Of a stretch of DNA of 39,937 nucleotides, positions 30,595-39,937 are shown one piece after another. The notes below the pieces were generated by a model that was not told where the DNA came from, made no database searches, and saw only the letters and a program-made list of their open reading frames with translations. The stretch's first letter is position 1. Every line of letters begins with the position of its first letter. The DNA lies in sequence record NC_001604.1; one strand, given 5' to 3'. The position numbers and the translations under genes were made by a program. The stretch is from Escherichia phage T7.

Positions 30595-33500
30595 ATGGAT
30601 AAGTACGATAAGAACGTACCAAGTGATTATGATGGTCTGTTCCAAAAGGCTGCTGATGCCAACGGGGTCTCTTATGACCTTTTACGTAAAGTCGCTTGGA
30701 CAGAATCACGATTTGTGCCTACAGCAAAATCTAAGACTGGACCATTAGGCATGATGCAATTTACCAAGGCAACCGCTAAGGCCCTCGGTCTGCGAGTTAC
30801 CGATGGTCCAGACGACGACCGACTGAACCCTGAGTTAGCTATTAATGCTGCCGCTAAGCAACTTGCAGGTCTGGTAGGGAAGTTTGATGGCGATGAACTC
30901 AAAGCTGCCCTTGCGTACAACCAAGGCGAGGGACGCTTGGGTAATCCACAACTTGAGGCGTACTCTAAGGGAGACTTCGCATCAATCTCTGAGGAGGGAC
31001 GTAACTACATGCGTAACCTTCTGGATGTTGCTAAGTCACCTATGGCTGGACAGTTGGAAACTTTTGGTGGCATAACCCCAAAGGGTAAAGGCATTCCGGC
31101 TGAGGTAGGATTGGCTGGAATTGGTCACAAGCAGAAAGTAACACAGGAACTTCCTGAGTCCACAAGTTTTGACGTTAAGGGTATCGAACAGGAGGCTACG
31201 GCGAAACCATTCGCCAAGGACTTTTGGGAGACCCACGGAGAAACACTTGACGAGTACAACAGTCGTTCAACCTTCTTCGGATTCAAAAATGCTGCCGAAG
31301 CTGAACTCTCCAACTCAGTCGCTGGGATGGCTTTCCGTGCTGGTCGTCTCGATAATGGTTTTGATGTGTTTAAAGACACCATTACGCCGACTCGCTGGAA
31401 CTCTCACATCTGGACTCCAGAGGAGTTAGAGAAGATTCGAACAGAGGTTAAGAACCCTGCGTACATCAACGTTGTAACTGGTGGTTCCCCTGAGAACCTC
31501 GATGACCTCATTAAATTGGCTAACGAGAACTTTGAGAATGACTCCCGCGCTGCCGAGGCTGGCCTAGGTGCCAAACTGAGTGCTGGTATTATTGGTGCTG
31601 GTGTGGACCCGCTTAGCTATGTTCCTATGGTCGGTGTCACTGGTAAGGGCTTTAAGTTAATCAATAAGGCTCTTGTAGTTGGTGCCGAAAGTGCTGCTCT
31701 GAACGTTGCATCCGAAGGTCTCCGTACCTCCGTAGCTGGTGGTGACGCAGACTATGCGGGTGCTGCCTTAGGTGGCTTTGTGTTTGGCGCAGGCATGTCT
31801 GCAATCAGTGACGCTGTAGCTGCTGGACTGAAACGCAGTAAACCAGAAGCTGAGTTCGACAATGAGTTCATCGGTCCTATGATGCGATTGGAAGCCCGTG
31901 AGACAGCACGAAACGCCAACTCTGCGGACCTCTCTCGGATGAACACTGAGAACATGAAGTTTGAAGGTGAACATAATGGTGTCCCTTATGAGGACTTACC
32001 AACAGAGAGAGGTGCCGTGGTGTTACATGATGGCTCCGTTCTAAGTGCAAGCAACCCAATCAACCCTAAGACTCTAAAAGAGTTCTCCGAGGTTGACCCT
32101 GAGAAGGCTGCGCGAGGAATCAAACTGGCTGGGTTCACCGAGATTGGCTTGAAGACCTTGGGGTCTGACGATGCTGACATCCGTAGAGTGGCTATCGACC
32201 TCGTTCGCTCTCCTACTGGTATGCAGTCTGGTGCCTCAGGTAAGTTCGGTGCAACAGCTTCTGACATCCATGAGAGACTTCATGGTACTGACCAGCGTAC
32301 TTATAATGACTTGTACAAAGCAATGTCTGACGCTATGAAAGACCCTGAGTTCTCTACTGGCGGCGCTAAGATGTCCCGTGAAGAAACTCGATACACTATC
32401 TACCGTAGAGCGGCACTAGCTATTGAGCGTCCAGAACTACAGAAGGCACTCACTCCGTCTGAGAGAATCGTTATGGACATCATTAAGCGTCACTTTGACA
32501 CCAAGCGTGAACTTATGGAAAACCCAGCAATATTCGGTAACACAAAGGCTGTGAGTATCTTCCCTGAGAGTCGCCACAAAGGTACTTACGTTCCTCACGT
32601 ATATGACCGTCATGCCAAGGCGCTGATGATTCAACGCTACGGTGCCGAAGGTTTGCAGGAAGGGATTGCCCGCTCATGGATGAACAGCTACGTCTCCAGA
32701 CCTGAGGTCAAGGCCAGAGTCGATGAGATGCTTAAGGAATTACACGGGGTGAAGGAAGTAACACCAGAGATGGTAGAGAAGTACGCTATGGATAAGGCTT
32801 ATGGTATCTCCCACTCAGACCAGTTCACCAACAGTTCCATAATAGAAGAGAACATTGAGGGCTTAGTAGGTATCGAGAATAACTCATTCCTTGAGGCACG
32901 TAACTTGTTTGATTCGGACCTATCCATCACTATGCCAGACGGACAGCAATTCTCAGTGAATGACCTAAGGGACTTCGATATGTTCCGCATCATGCCAGCG
33001 TATGACCGCCGTGTCAATGGTGACATCGCCATCATGGGGTCTACTGGTAAAACCACTAAGGAACTTAAGGATGAGATTTTGGCTCTCAAAGCGAAAGCTG
33101 AGGGAGACGGTAAGAAGACTGGCGAGGTACATGCTTTAATGGATACCGTTAAGATTCTTACTGGTCGTGCTAGACGCAATCAGGACACTGTGTGGGAAAC
33201 CTCACTGCGTGCCATCAATGACCTAGGGTTCTTCGCTAAGAACGCCTACATGGGTGCTCAGAACATTACGGAGATTGCTGGGATGATTGTCACTGGTAAC
33301 GTTCGTGCTCTAGGGCATGGTATCCCAATTCTGCGTGATACACTCTACAAGTCTAAACCAGTTTCAGCTAAGGAACTCAAGGAACTCCATGCGTCTCTGT
33401 TCGGGAAGGAGGTGGACCAGTTGATTCGGCCTAAACGTGCTGACATTGTGCAGCGCCTAAGGGAAGCAACTGATACCGGACCTGCCGTGGCGAACATCGT

Positions 33501-34551
33501 AGGGACCTTGAAGTATTCAACACAGGAACTGGCTGCTCGCTCTCCGTGGACTAAGCTACTGAACGGAACCACTAACTACCTTCTGGATGCTGCGCGTCAA
33601 GGTATGCTTGGGGATGTTATTAGTGCCACCCTAACAGGTAAGACTACCCGCTGGGAGAAAGAAGGCTTCCTTCGTGGTGCCTCCGTAACTCCTGAGCAGA
33701 TGGCTGGCATCAAGTCTCTCATCAAGGAACATATGGTACGCGGTGAGGACGGGAAGTTTACCGTTAAGGACAAGCAAGCGTTCTCTATGGACCCACGGGC
33801 TATGGACTTATGGAGACTGGCTGACAAGGTAGCTGATGAGGCAATGCTGCGTCCACATAAGGTGTCCTTACAGGATTCCCATGCGTTCGGAGCACTAGGT
33901 AAGATGGTTATGCAGTTTAAGTCTTTCACTATCAAGTCCCTTAACTCTAAGTTCCTGCGAACCTTCTATGATGGATACAAGAACAACCGAGCGATTGACG
34001 CTGCGCTGAGCATCATCACCTCTATGGGTCTCGCTGGTGGTTTCTATGCTATGGCTGCACACGTCAAAGCATACGCTCTGCCTAAGGAGAAACGTAAGGA
34101 GTACTTGGAGCGTGCACTGGACCCAACCATGATTGCCCACGCTGCGTTATCTCGTAGTTCTCAATTGGGTGCTCCTTTGGCTATGGTTGACCTAGTTGGT
34201 GGTGTTTTAGGGTTCGAGTCCTCCAAGATGGCTCGCTCTACGATTCTACCTAAGGACACCGTGAAGGAACGTGACCCAAACAAACCGTACACCTCTAGAG
34301 AGGTAATGGGCGCTATGGGTTCAAACCTTCTGGAACAGATGCCTTCGGCTGGCTTTGTGGCTAACGTAGGGGCTACCTTAATGAATGCTGCTGGCGTGGT
34401 CAACTCACCTAATAAAGCAACCGAGCAGGACTTCATGACTGGTCTTATGAACTCCACAAAAGAGTTAGTACCGAACGACCCATTGACTCAACAGCTTGTG
34501 TTGAAGATTTATGAGGCGAACGGTGTTAACTTGAGGGAGCGTAGGAAATAA
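30595..34551 (+). CDS. 16: gene 16 internal core protein with N-terminal lytic transglycosylase domain
   Basis: 1318-aa ORF; N-terminus carries an SLT-like motif (TESRFVPTAKSKTGPLGMMQF). Confidence 0.98.
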   Translation: MDKYDKNVPSDYDGLFQKAADANGVSYDLLRKVAWTESRFVPTAKSKTGPLGMMQFTKATAKALGLRVTDGPDDDRLNPELAINAAAKQLAGLVGKFDGDELKAALAYNQGEGRLGNPQLEAYSKGDFASISEEGRNYMRNLLDVAKSPMAGQLETFGGITPKGKGIPAEVGLAGIGHKQKVTQELPESTSFDVKGIEQEATAKPFAKDFWETHGETLDEYNSRSTFFGFKNAAEAELSNSVAGMAFRAGRLDNGFDVFKDTITPTRWNSHIWTPEELEKIRTEVKNPAYINVVTGGSPENLDDLIKLANENFENDSRAAEAGLGAKLSAGIIGAGVDPLSYVPMVGVTGKGFKLINKALVVGAESAALNVASEGLRTSVAGGDADYAGAALGGFVFGAGMSAISDAVAAGLKRSKPEAEFDNEFIGPMMRLEARETARNANSADLSRMNTENMKFEGEHNGVPYEDLPTERGAVVLHDGSVLSASNPINPKTLKEFSEVDPEKAARGIKLAGFTEIGLKTLGSDDADIRRVAIDLVRSPTGMQSGASGKFGATASDIHERLHGTDQRTYNDLYKAMSDAMKDPEFSTGGAKMSREETRYTIYRRAALAIERPELQKALTPSERIVMDIIKRHFDTKRELMENPAIFGNTKAVSIFPESRHKGTYVPHVYDRHAKALMIQRYGAEGLQEGIARSWMNSYVSRPEVKARVDEMLKELHGVKEVTPEMVEKYAMDKAYGISHSDQFTNSSIIEENIEGLVGIENNSFLEARNLFDSDLSITMPDGQQFSVNDLRDFDMFRIMPAYDRRVNGDIAIMGSTGKTTKELKDEILALKAKAEGDGKKTGEVHALMDTVKILTGRARRNQDTVWETSLRAINDLGFFAKNAYMGAQNITEIAGMIVTGNVRALGHGIPILRDTLYKSKPVSAKELKELHASLFGKEVDQLIRPKRADIVQRLREATDTGPAVANIVGTLKYSTQELAARSPWTKLLNGTTNYLLDAARQGMLGDVISATLTGKTTRWEKEGFLRGASVTPEQMAGIKSLIKEHMVRGEDGKFTVKDKQAFSMDPRAMDLWRLADKVADEAMLRPHKVSLQDSHAFGALGKMVMQFKSFTIKSLNSKFLRTFYDGYKNNRAIDAALSIITSMGLAGGFYAMAAHVKAYALPKEKRKEYLERALDPTMIAHAALSRSSQLGAPLAMVDLVGGVLGFESSKMARSTILPKDTVKERDPNKPYTSREVMGAMGSNLLEQMPSAGFVANVGATLMNAAGVVNSPNKATEQDFMTGLMNSTKELVPNDPLTQQLVLKIYEANGVNLRERRK

Positions 34552-34571
34552 TACGACTCACTATAGGGAGA
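34549..34571 (+). promoter_or_regulatory. T7 promoter phi17
   Basis: TAATACGACTCACTATAGGGAGA; +1 about 34566. Confidence 0.93.
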
Positions 34572-34623
34572 GGCGAAATAATCTTCTCCCTGTAGTCTCT
34601 TAGATTTACTTTAAGGAGGTCAA

Positions 34624-36285
34624 ATGGCTAACGTAATTAAAACCGTTTTGACTTACCAGTTAGATGGCTCCAATCGTGATTTTAATATCCCGTTTGAGTA
34701 TCTAGCCCGTAAGTTCGTAGTGGTAACTCTTATTGGTGTAGACCGAAAGGTCCTTACGATTAATACAGACTATCGCTTTGCTACACGTACTACTATCTCT
34801 CTGACAAAGGCTTGGGGTCCAGCCGATGGCTACACGACCATCGAGTTACGTCGAGTAACCTCCACTACCGACCGATTGGTTGACTTTACGGATGGTTCAA
34901 TCCTCCGCGCGTATGACCTTAACGTCGCTCAGATTCAAACGATGCACGTAGCGGAAGAGGCCCGTGACCTCACTACGGATACTATCGGTGTCAATAACGA
35001 TGGTCACTTGGATGCTCGTGGTCGTCGAATTGTGAACCTAGCGAACGCCGTGGATGACCGCGATGCTGTTCCGTTTGGTCAACTAAAGACCATGAACCAG
35101 AACTCATGGCAAGCACGTAATGAAGCCTTACAGTTCCGTAATGAGGCTGAGACTTTCAGAAACCAAGCGGAGGGCTTTAAGAACGAGTCCAGTACCAACG
35201 CTACGAACACAAAGCAGTGGCGCGATGAGACCAAGGGTTTCCGAGACGAAGCCAAGCGGTTCAAGAATACGGCTGGTCAATACGCTACATCTGCTGGGAA
35301 CTCTGCTTCCGCTGCGCATCAATCTGAGGTAAACGCTGAGAACTCTGCCACAGCATCCGCTAACTCTGCTCATTTGGCAGAACAGCAAGCAGACCGTGCG
35401 GAACGTGAGGCAGACAAGCTGGAAAATTACAATGGATTGGCTGGTGCAATTGATAAGGTAGATGGAACCAATGTGTACTGGAAAGGAAATATTCACGCTA
35501 ACGGGCGCCTTTACATGACCACAAACGGTTTTGACTGTGGCCAGTATCAACAGTTCTTTGGTGGTGTCACTAATCGTTACTCTGTCATGGAGTGGGGAGA
35601 TGAGAACGGATGGCTGATGTATGTTCAACGTAGAGAGTGGACAACAGCGATAGGCGGTAACATCCAGTTAGTAGTAAACGGACAGATCATCACCCAAGGT
35701 GGAGCCATGACCGGTCAGCTAAAATTGCAGAATGGGCATGTTCTTCAATTAGAGTCCGCATCCGACAAGGCGCACTATATTCTATCTAAAGATGGTAACA
35801 GGAATAACTGGTACATTGGTAGAGGGTCAGATAACAACAATGACTGTACCTTCCACTCCTATGTACATGGTACGACCTTAACACTCAAGCAGGACTATGC
35901 AGTAGTTAACAAACACTTCCACGTAGGTCAGGCCGTTGTGGCCACTGATGGTAATATTCAAGGTACTAAGTGGGGAGGTAAATGGCTGGATGCTTACCTA
36001 CGTGACAGCTTCGTTGCGAAGTCCAAGGCGTGGACTCAGGTGTGGTCTGGTAGTGCTGGCGGTGGGGTAAGTGTGACTGTTTCACAGGATCTCCGCTTCC
36101 GCAATATCTGGATTAAGTGTGCCAACAACTCTTGGAACTTCTTCCGTACTGGCCCCGATGGAATCTACTTCATAGCCTCTGATGGTGGATGGTTACGATT
36201 CCAAATACACTCCAACGGTCTCGGATTCAAGAATATTGCAGACAGTCGTTCAGTACCTAATGCAATCATGGTGGAGAACGAGTAA
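34624..36285 (+). CDS. 17: gene 17 tail fiber protein
   Basis: 553-aa ORF MANVIKTVLTYQLDGSNRDFNIPFEYLARKFVVVTLIGVDR...; recognised. Confidence 0.98.
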   Translation: MANVIKTVLTYQLDGSNRDFNIPFEYLARKFVVVTLIGVDRKVLTINTDYRFATRTTISLTKAWGPADGYTTIELRRVTSTTDRLVDFTDGSILRAYDLNVAQIQTMHVAEEARDLTTDTIGVNNDGHLDARGRRIVNLANAVDDRDAVPFGQLKTMNQNSWQARNEALQFRNEAETFRNQAEGFKNESSTNATNTKQWRDETKGFRDEAKRFKNTAGQYATSAGNSASAAHQSEVNAENSATASANSAHLAEQQADRAEREADKLENYNGLAGAIDKVDGTNVYWKGNIHANGRLYMTTNGFDCGQYQQFFGGVTNRYSVMEWGDENGWLMYVQRREWTTAIGGNIQLVVNGQIITQGGAMTGQLKLQNGHVLQLESASDKAHYILSKDGNRNNWYIGRGSDNNNDCTFHSYVHGTTLTLKQDYAVVNKHFHVGQAVVATDGNIQGTKWGGKWLDAYLRDSFVAKSKAWTQVWSGSAGGGVSVTVSQDLRFRNIWIKCANNSWNFFRTGPDGIYFIASDGGWLRFQIHSNGLGFKNIADSRSVPNAIMVENE

Positions 36286-36343
36286 TTGGTAAATCACAAG
36301 GAAAGACGTGTAGTCCACGGATGGACTCTCAAGGAGGTACAAG

Positions 36344-36547
36344 GTGCTATCATTAGACTTTAACAACGAATTGATTAAGGCTGCTCCAATTGTTGGGACG
36401 GGTGTAGCAGATGTTAGTGCTCGACTGTTCTTTGGGTTAAGCCTTAACGAATGGTTCTACGTTGCTGCTATCGCCTACACAGTGGTTCAGATTGGTGCCA
36501 AGGTAGTCGATAAGATGATTGACTGGAAGAAAGCCAATAAGGAGTGA
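36344..36547 (+). CDS. 17.5: gene 17.5 holin
   Basis: 67-aa ORF with hydrophobic segment and charged C-terminus. Confidence 0.9.
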   Translation: MLSLDFNNELIKAAPIVGTGVADVSARLFFGLSLNEWFYVAAIAYTVVQIGAKVVDKMIDWKKANKE

Positions 36548-36552
36548 TATGT

Positions 36553-36822
36553 ATGGAAAAGGATAAGAGCCTTATTACATTCTTAGAGATGTTGGACACT
36601 GCGATGGCTCAGCGTATGCTTGCGGACCTTTCGGACCATGAGCGTCGCTCTCCGCAACTCTATAATGCTATTAACAAACTGTTAGACCGCCACAAGTTCC
36701 AGATTGGTAAGTTGCAGCCGGATGTTCACATCTTAGGTGGCCTTGCTGGTGCTCTTGAAGAGTACAAAGAGAAAGTCGGTGATAACGGTCTTACGGATGA
36801 TGATATTTACACATTACAGTGA
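36553..36822 (+). CDS. 18: gene 18 terminase small subunit
   Basis: ATG 36553 (MEKDKSLITFLEMLD...) just after 17.5 stop. Confidence 0.92.
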   Translation: MEKDKSLITFLEMLDTAMAQRMLADLSDHERRSPQLYNAINKLLDRHKFQIGKLQPDVHILGGLAGALEEYKEKVGDNGLTDDDIYTLQ

Positions 36823-36825
36823 TAT

Positions 36826-36862
36826 ACTCAAGGCCACTACAGATAGTGGTCTTTATGGATGT
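36826..36862 (+). promoter_or_regulatory. RNase III hairpin R18.5
   Basis: ACTCAAGGCCACTACAGATAGTGGTCTTTATGGAT. Confidence 0.7.
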
Positions 36863-36916
36863 CATTGTCTATACGAGATGCTCCTACGTGAAATCTGAAA
36901 GTTAACGGGAGGCATT

Positions 36917-37348
36917 ATGCTAGAATTTTTACGTAAGCTAATCCCTTGGGTTCTCGCTGGGATGCTATTCGGGTTAGGATGGCATCTAGGGTCAGACTCA
37001 ATGGACGCTAAATGGAAACAGGAGGTACACAATGAGTACGTTAAGAGAGTTGAGGCTGCGAAGAGCACTCAAAGAGCAATCGATGCGGTATCTGCTAAGT
37101 ATCAAGAAGACCTTGCCGCGCTGGAAGGGAGCACTGATAGGATTATTTCTGATTTGCGTAGCGACAATAAGCGGTTGCGCGTCAGAGTCAAAACTACCGG
37201 AACCTCCGATGGTCAGTGTGGATTCGAGCCTGATGGTCGAGCCGAACTTGACGACCGAGATGCTAAACGTATTCTCGCAGTGACCCAGAAGGGTGACGCA
37301 TGGATTCGTGCGTTACAGGATACTATTCGTGAACTGCAACGTAAGTAG
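36917..37348 (+). CDS. 18.5: gene 18.5 inner-membrane spanin (Rz-like)
   Basis: 143-aa ORF with N-terminal TM segment (WVLAGMLFGLGWHLG) and coiled-coil-like remainder. Confidence 0.9.
   Translation: MLEFLRKLIPWVLAGMLFGLGWHLGSDSMDAKWKQEVHNEYVKRVEAAKSTQRAIDAVSAKYQEDLAALEGSTDRIISDLRSDNKRLRVRVKTTGTSDGQCGFEPDGRAELDDRDAKRILAVTQKGDAWIRALQDTIRELQRK
37032..37283 (+). CDS. 18.7: gene 18.7 outer-membrane lipoprotein spanin (Rz1-like), nested in 18.5 in another frame
   Basis: 83-aa ORF wholly inside 18.5; lipobox-like LICVATISGC. Confidence 0.85.
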   Translation: MSTLRELRLRRALKEQSMRYLLSIKKTLPRWKGALIGLFLICVATISGCASESKLPEPPMVSVDSSLMVEPNLTTEMLNVFSQ

Positions 37349-37369
37349 GAAATCAAGTAAGGAGGCAAT

Positions 37370-39130
37370 GTGTCTACTCAATCCAATCGTAATGCGCTCG
37401 TAGTGGCGCAACTGAAAGGAGACTTCGTGGCGTTCCTATTCGTCTTATGGAAGGCGCTAAACCTACCGGTGCCCACTAAGTGTCAGATTGACATGGCTAA
37501 GGTGCTGGCGAATGGAGACAACAAGAAGTTCATCTTACAGGCTTTCCGTGGTATCGGTAAGTCGTTCATCACATGTGCGTTCGTTGTGTGGTCCTTATGG
37601 AGAGACCCTCAGTTGAAGATACTTATCGTATCAGCCTCTAAGGAGCGTGCAGACGCTAACTCCATCTTTATTAAGAACATCATTGACCTGCTGCCATTCC
37701 TATCTGAGTTAAAGCCAAGACCCGGACAGCGTGACTCGGTAATCAGCTTTGATGTAGGCCCAGCCAATCCTGACCACTCTCCTAGTGTGAAATCAGTAGG
37801 TATCACTGGTCAGTTAACTGGTAGCCGTGCTGACATTATCATTGCGGATGACGTTGAGATTCCGTCTAACAGCGCAACTATGGGTGCCCGTGAGAAGCTA
37901 TGGACTCTGGTTCAGGAGTTCGCTGCGTTACTTAAACCGCTGCCTTCCTCTCGCGTTATCTACCTTGGTACACCTCAGACAGAGATGACTCTCTATAAGG
38001 AACTTGAGGATAACCGTGGGTACACAACCATTATCTGGCCTGCTCTGTACCCAAGGACACGTGAAGAGAACCTCTATTACTCACAGCGTCTTGCTCCTAT
38101 GTTACGCGCTGAGTACGATGAGAACCCTGAGGCACTTGCTGGGACTCCAACAGACCCAGTGCGCTTTGACCGTGATGACCTGCGCGAGCGTGAGTTGGAA
38201 TACGGTAAGGCTGGCTTTACGCTACAGTTCATGCTTAACCCTAACCTTAGTGATGCCGAGAAGTACCCGCTGAGGCTTCGTGACGCTATCGTAGCGGCCT
38301 TAGACTTAGAGAAGGCCCCAATGCATTACCAGTGGCTTCCGAACCGTCAGAACATCATTGAGGACCTTCCTAACGTTGGCCTTAAGGGTGATGACCTGCA
38401 TACGTACCACGATTGTTCCAACAACTCAGGTCAGTACCAACAGAAGATTCTGGTCATTGACCCTAGTGGTCGCGGTAAGGACGAAACAGGTTACGCTGTG
38501 CTGTACACACTGAACGGTTACATCTACCTTATGGAAGCTGGAGGTTTCCGTGATGGCTACTCCGATAAGACCCTTGAGTTACTCGCTAAGAAGGCAAAGC
38601 AATGGGGAGTCCAGACGGTTGTCTACGAGAGTAACTTCGGTGACGGTATGTTCGGTAAGGTATTCAGTCCTATCCTTCTTAAACACCACAACTGTGCGAT
38701 GGAAGAGATTCGTGCCCGTGGTATGAAAGAGATGCGTATTTGCGATACCCTTGAGCCAGTCATGCAGACTCACCGCCTTGTAATTCGTGATGAGGTCATT
38801 AGGGCCGACTACCAGTCCGCTCGTGACGTAGACGGTAAGCATGACGTTAAGTACTCGTTGTTCTACCAGATGACCCGTATCACTCGTGAGAAAGGCGCTC
38901 TGGCTCATGATGACCGATTGGATGCCCTTGCGTTAGGCATTGAGTATCTCCGTGAGTCCATGCAGTTGGATTCCGTTAAGGTCGAGGGTGAAGTACTTGC
39001 TGACTTCCTTGAGGAACACATGATGCGTCCTACGGTTGCTGCTACGCATATCATTGAGATGTCTGTGGGAGGAGTTGATGTGTACTCTGAGGACGATGAG
39101 GGTTACGGTACGTCTTTCATTGAGTGGTGA
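37370..39130 (+). CDS. 19: gene 19 terminase large subunit
   Basis: 586-aa ORF at canonical position. Confidence 0.98.
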
Positions 39131-39211
39131 TTTATGCATTAGGACTGCATAGGGATGCACTATAGACCACGGATGGTCAGTTCTTTAAGTTACTGAAAAG
39201 ACACGATAAAT

Positions 39212-39234
39212 TAATACGACTCACTATAGGGAGA
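39212..39234 (+). promoter_or_regulatory. T7 promoter phiOR
   Basis: TAATACGACTCACTATAGGGAGA; +1 about 39229. Confidence 0.93.
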
Positions 39235-39388
39235 GGAGGGACGAAAGGTTACTATATAGATACTGAATGAATACTTATAGAGTGCATAAAGTATGCATAA
39301 TGGTGTACCTAGAGTGACCTCTAAGAATGGTGATTATATTGTATTAGTATCACCTTAACTTAAGGACCAACATAAAGGGAGGAGACTC

Positions 39389-39538
39389 ATGTTCCGCTTA
39401 TTGTTGAACCTACTGCGGCATAGAGTCACCTACCGATTTCTTGTGGTACTTTGTGCTGCCCTTGGGTACGCATCTCTTACTGGAGACCTCAGTTCACTGG
39501 AGTCTGTCGTTTGCTCTATACTCACTTGTAGCGATTAG
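39389..39538 (+). CDS. 19.5: gene 19.5, small hydrophobic protein of unknown function
   Basis: ATG 39389 after GGGAGGAG; MFRLLLNLLRHRVTYRFLVVLCAALGYASLTGDLSSLESVVCSILTCSD; stop 39536-39538. Confidence 0.7.
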   Translation: MFRLLLNLLRHRVTYRFLVVLCAALGYASLTGDLSSLESVVCSILTCSD

Positions 39539-39614
39539 GGTCTTCCTGACCGACTGATGGCTCACCGAGGGATTCAGCGGTATGATTGCATCACACCACT
39601 TCATCCCTATAGAG

Positions 39615-39710
39615 TCAAGTCCTAAGGTATACCCATAAAGAGCCTCTAATGGTCTATCCTAAGGTCTATACCTAAAGATAGGCCATCCTATCAGTGTCAC
39701 CTAAAGAGGG
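39615..39710. repeat. Right-end array of CCTAAAG / CCTAAGG repeats
   Basis: Copies at about 39621, 39634, 39659, 39671, 39700 just left of the right terminal repeat. Confidence 0.75.
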
Positions 39711-39777
39711 TCTTAGAGAGGGCCTATGGAGTTCCTATAGGGTCCTTTAAAATATACCATAAAAATCTGAGTGACTA

Positions 39778-39937
39778 TCTCACAGTGTACGGACCTAAAG
39801 TTCCCCCATAGGGGGTACCTAAAGCCCAGCCAATCACCTAAAGTCAACCTTCGGTTGACCTTGAGGGTTCCCTAAGGGTTGGGGATGACCCTTGGGTTTG
39901 TCTTTGGGTGTTACCTTGAGTGTCTCTCTGTGTCCCT
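39778..39937. repeat. Right direct terminal repeat (160 bp)
   Basis: Identical copy of 1-160 as displayed. Confidence 0.97.

Noticed and set aside
38004-38273. 89-aa ORF in an alternative frame inside gene 19 (possibly gene 19.2 of T7 annotations)
   Set aside because: I cannot confirm the start codon or expression from the sequence; it is embedded in the terminase gene and may be a chance ORF.

Overview
This window is the complete 39,937-bp linear genome of coliphage T7, or an essentially identical T7-group podovirus, and I found no evidence of a novel or inserted system. Identification rests on what the sequence shows directly: a perfect 160-bp direct terminal repeat (1-160 = 39778-39937), 17 copies of the 23-bp T7 RNA polymerase promoter (TAATACGACTCACTATAGGGAGA and variants), three strong sigma70 promoters at the left end, all genes on the + strand, and ORF-track proteins I recognise (Ocr, 883-aa T7 RNA polymerase, DNA ligase, gp2.5 SSB, primase-helicase, DNA polymerase, portal, capsid gp10A starting MASMTGGQQMG, tail fiber, terminase). 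Every gene boundary I checked agrees with the canonical T7 map and the total length matches, so a large insertion, deletion or cargo gene is very unlikely. I cannot verify base-by-base identity by eye, so point mutations would go undetected. Gene coordinates combine the ORF track, start/stop codons read from the sequence and my memory of the T7 map; functions of small genes come from the T7 literature, not from the sequence. The findings are therefore known or partly characterised T7 features worth a second look (HNH endonuclease paralogs, tiny hydrophobic ORFs, programmed frameshifts, repeat arrays at the genome ends, the RNase III hairpin family), not a new system.
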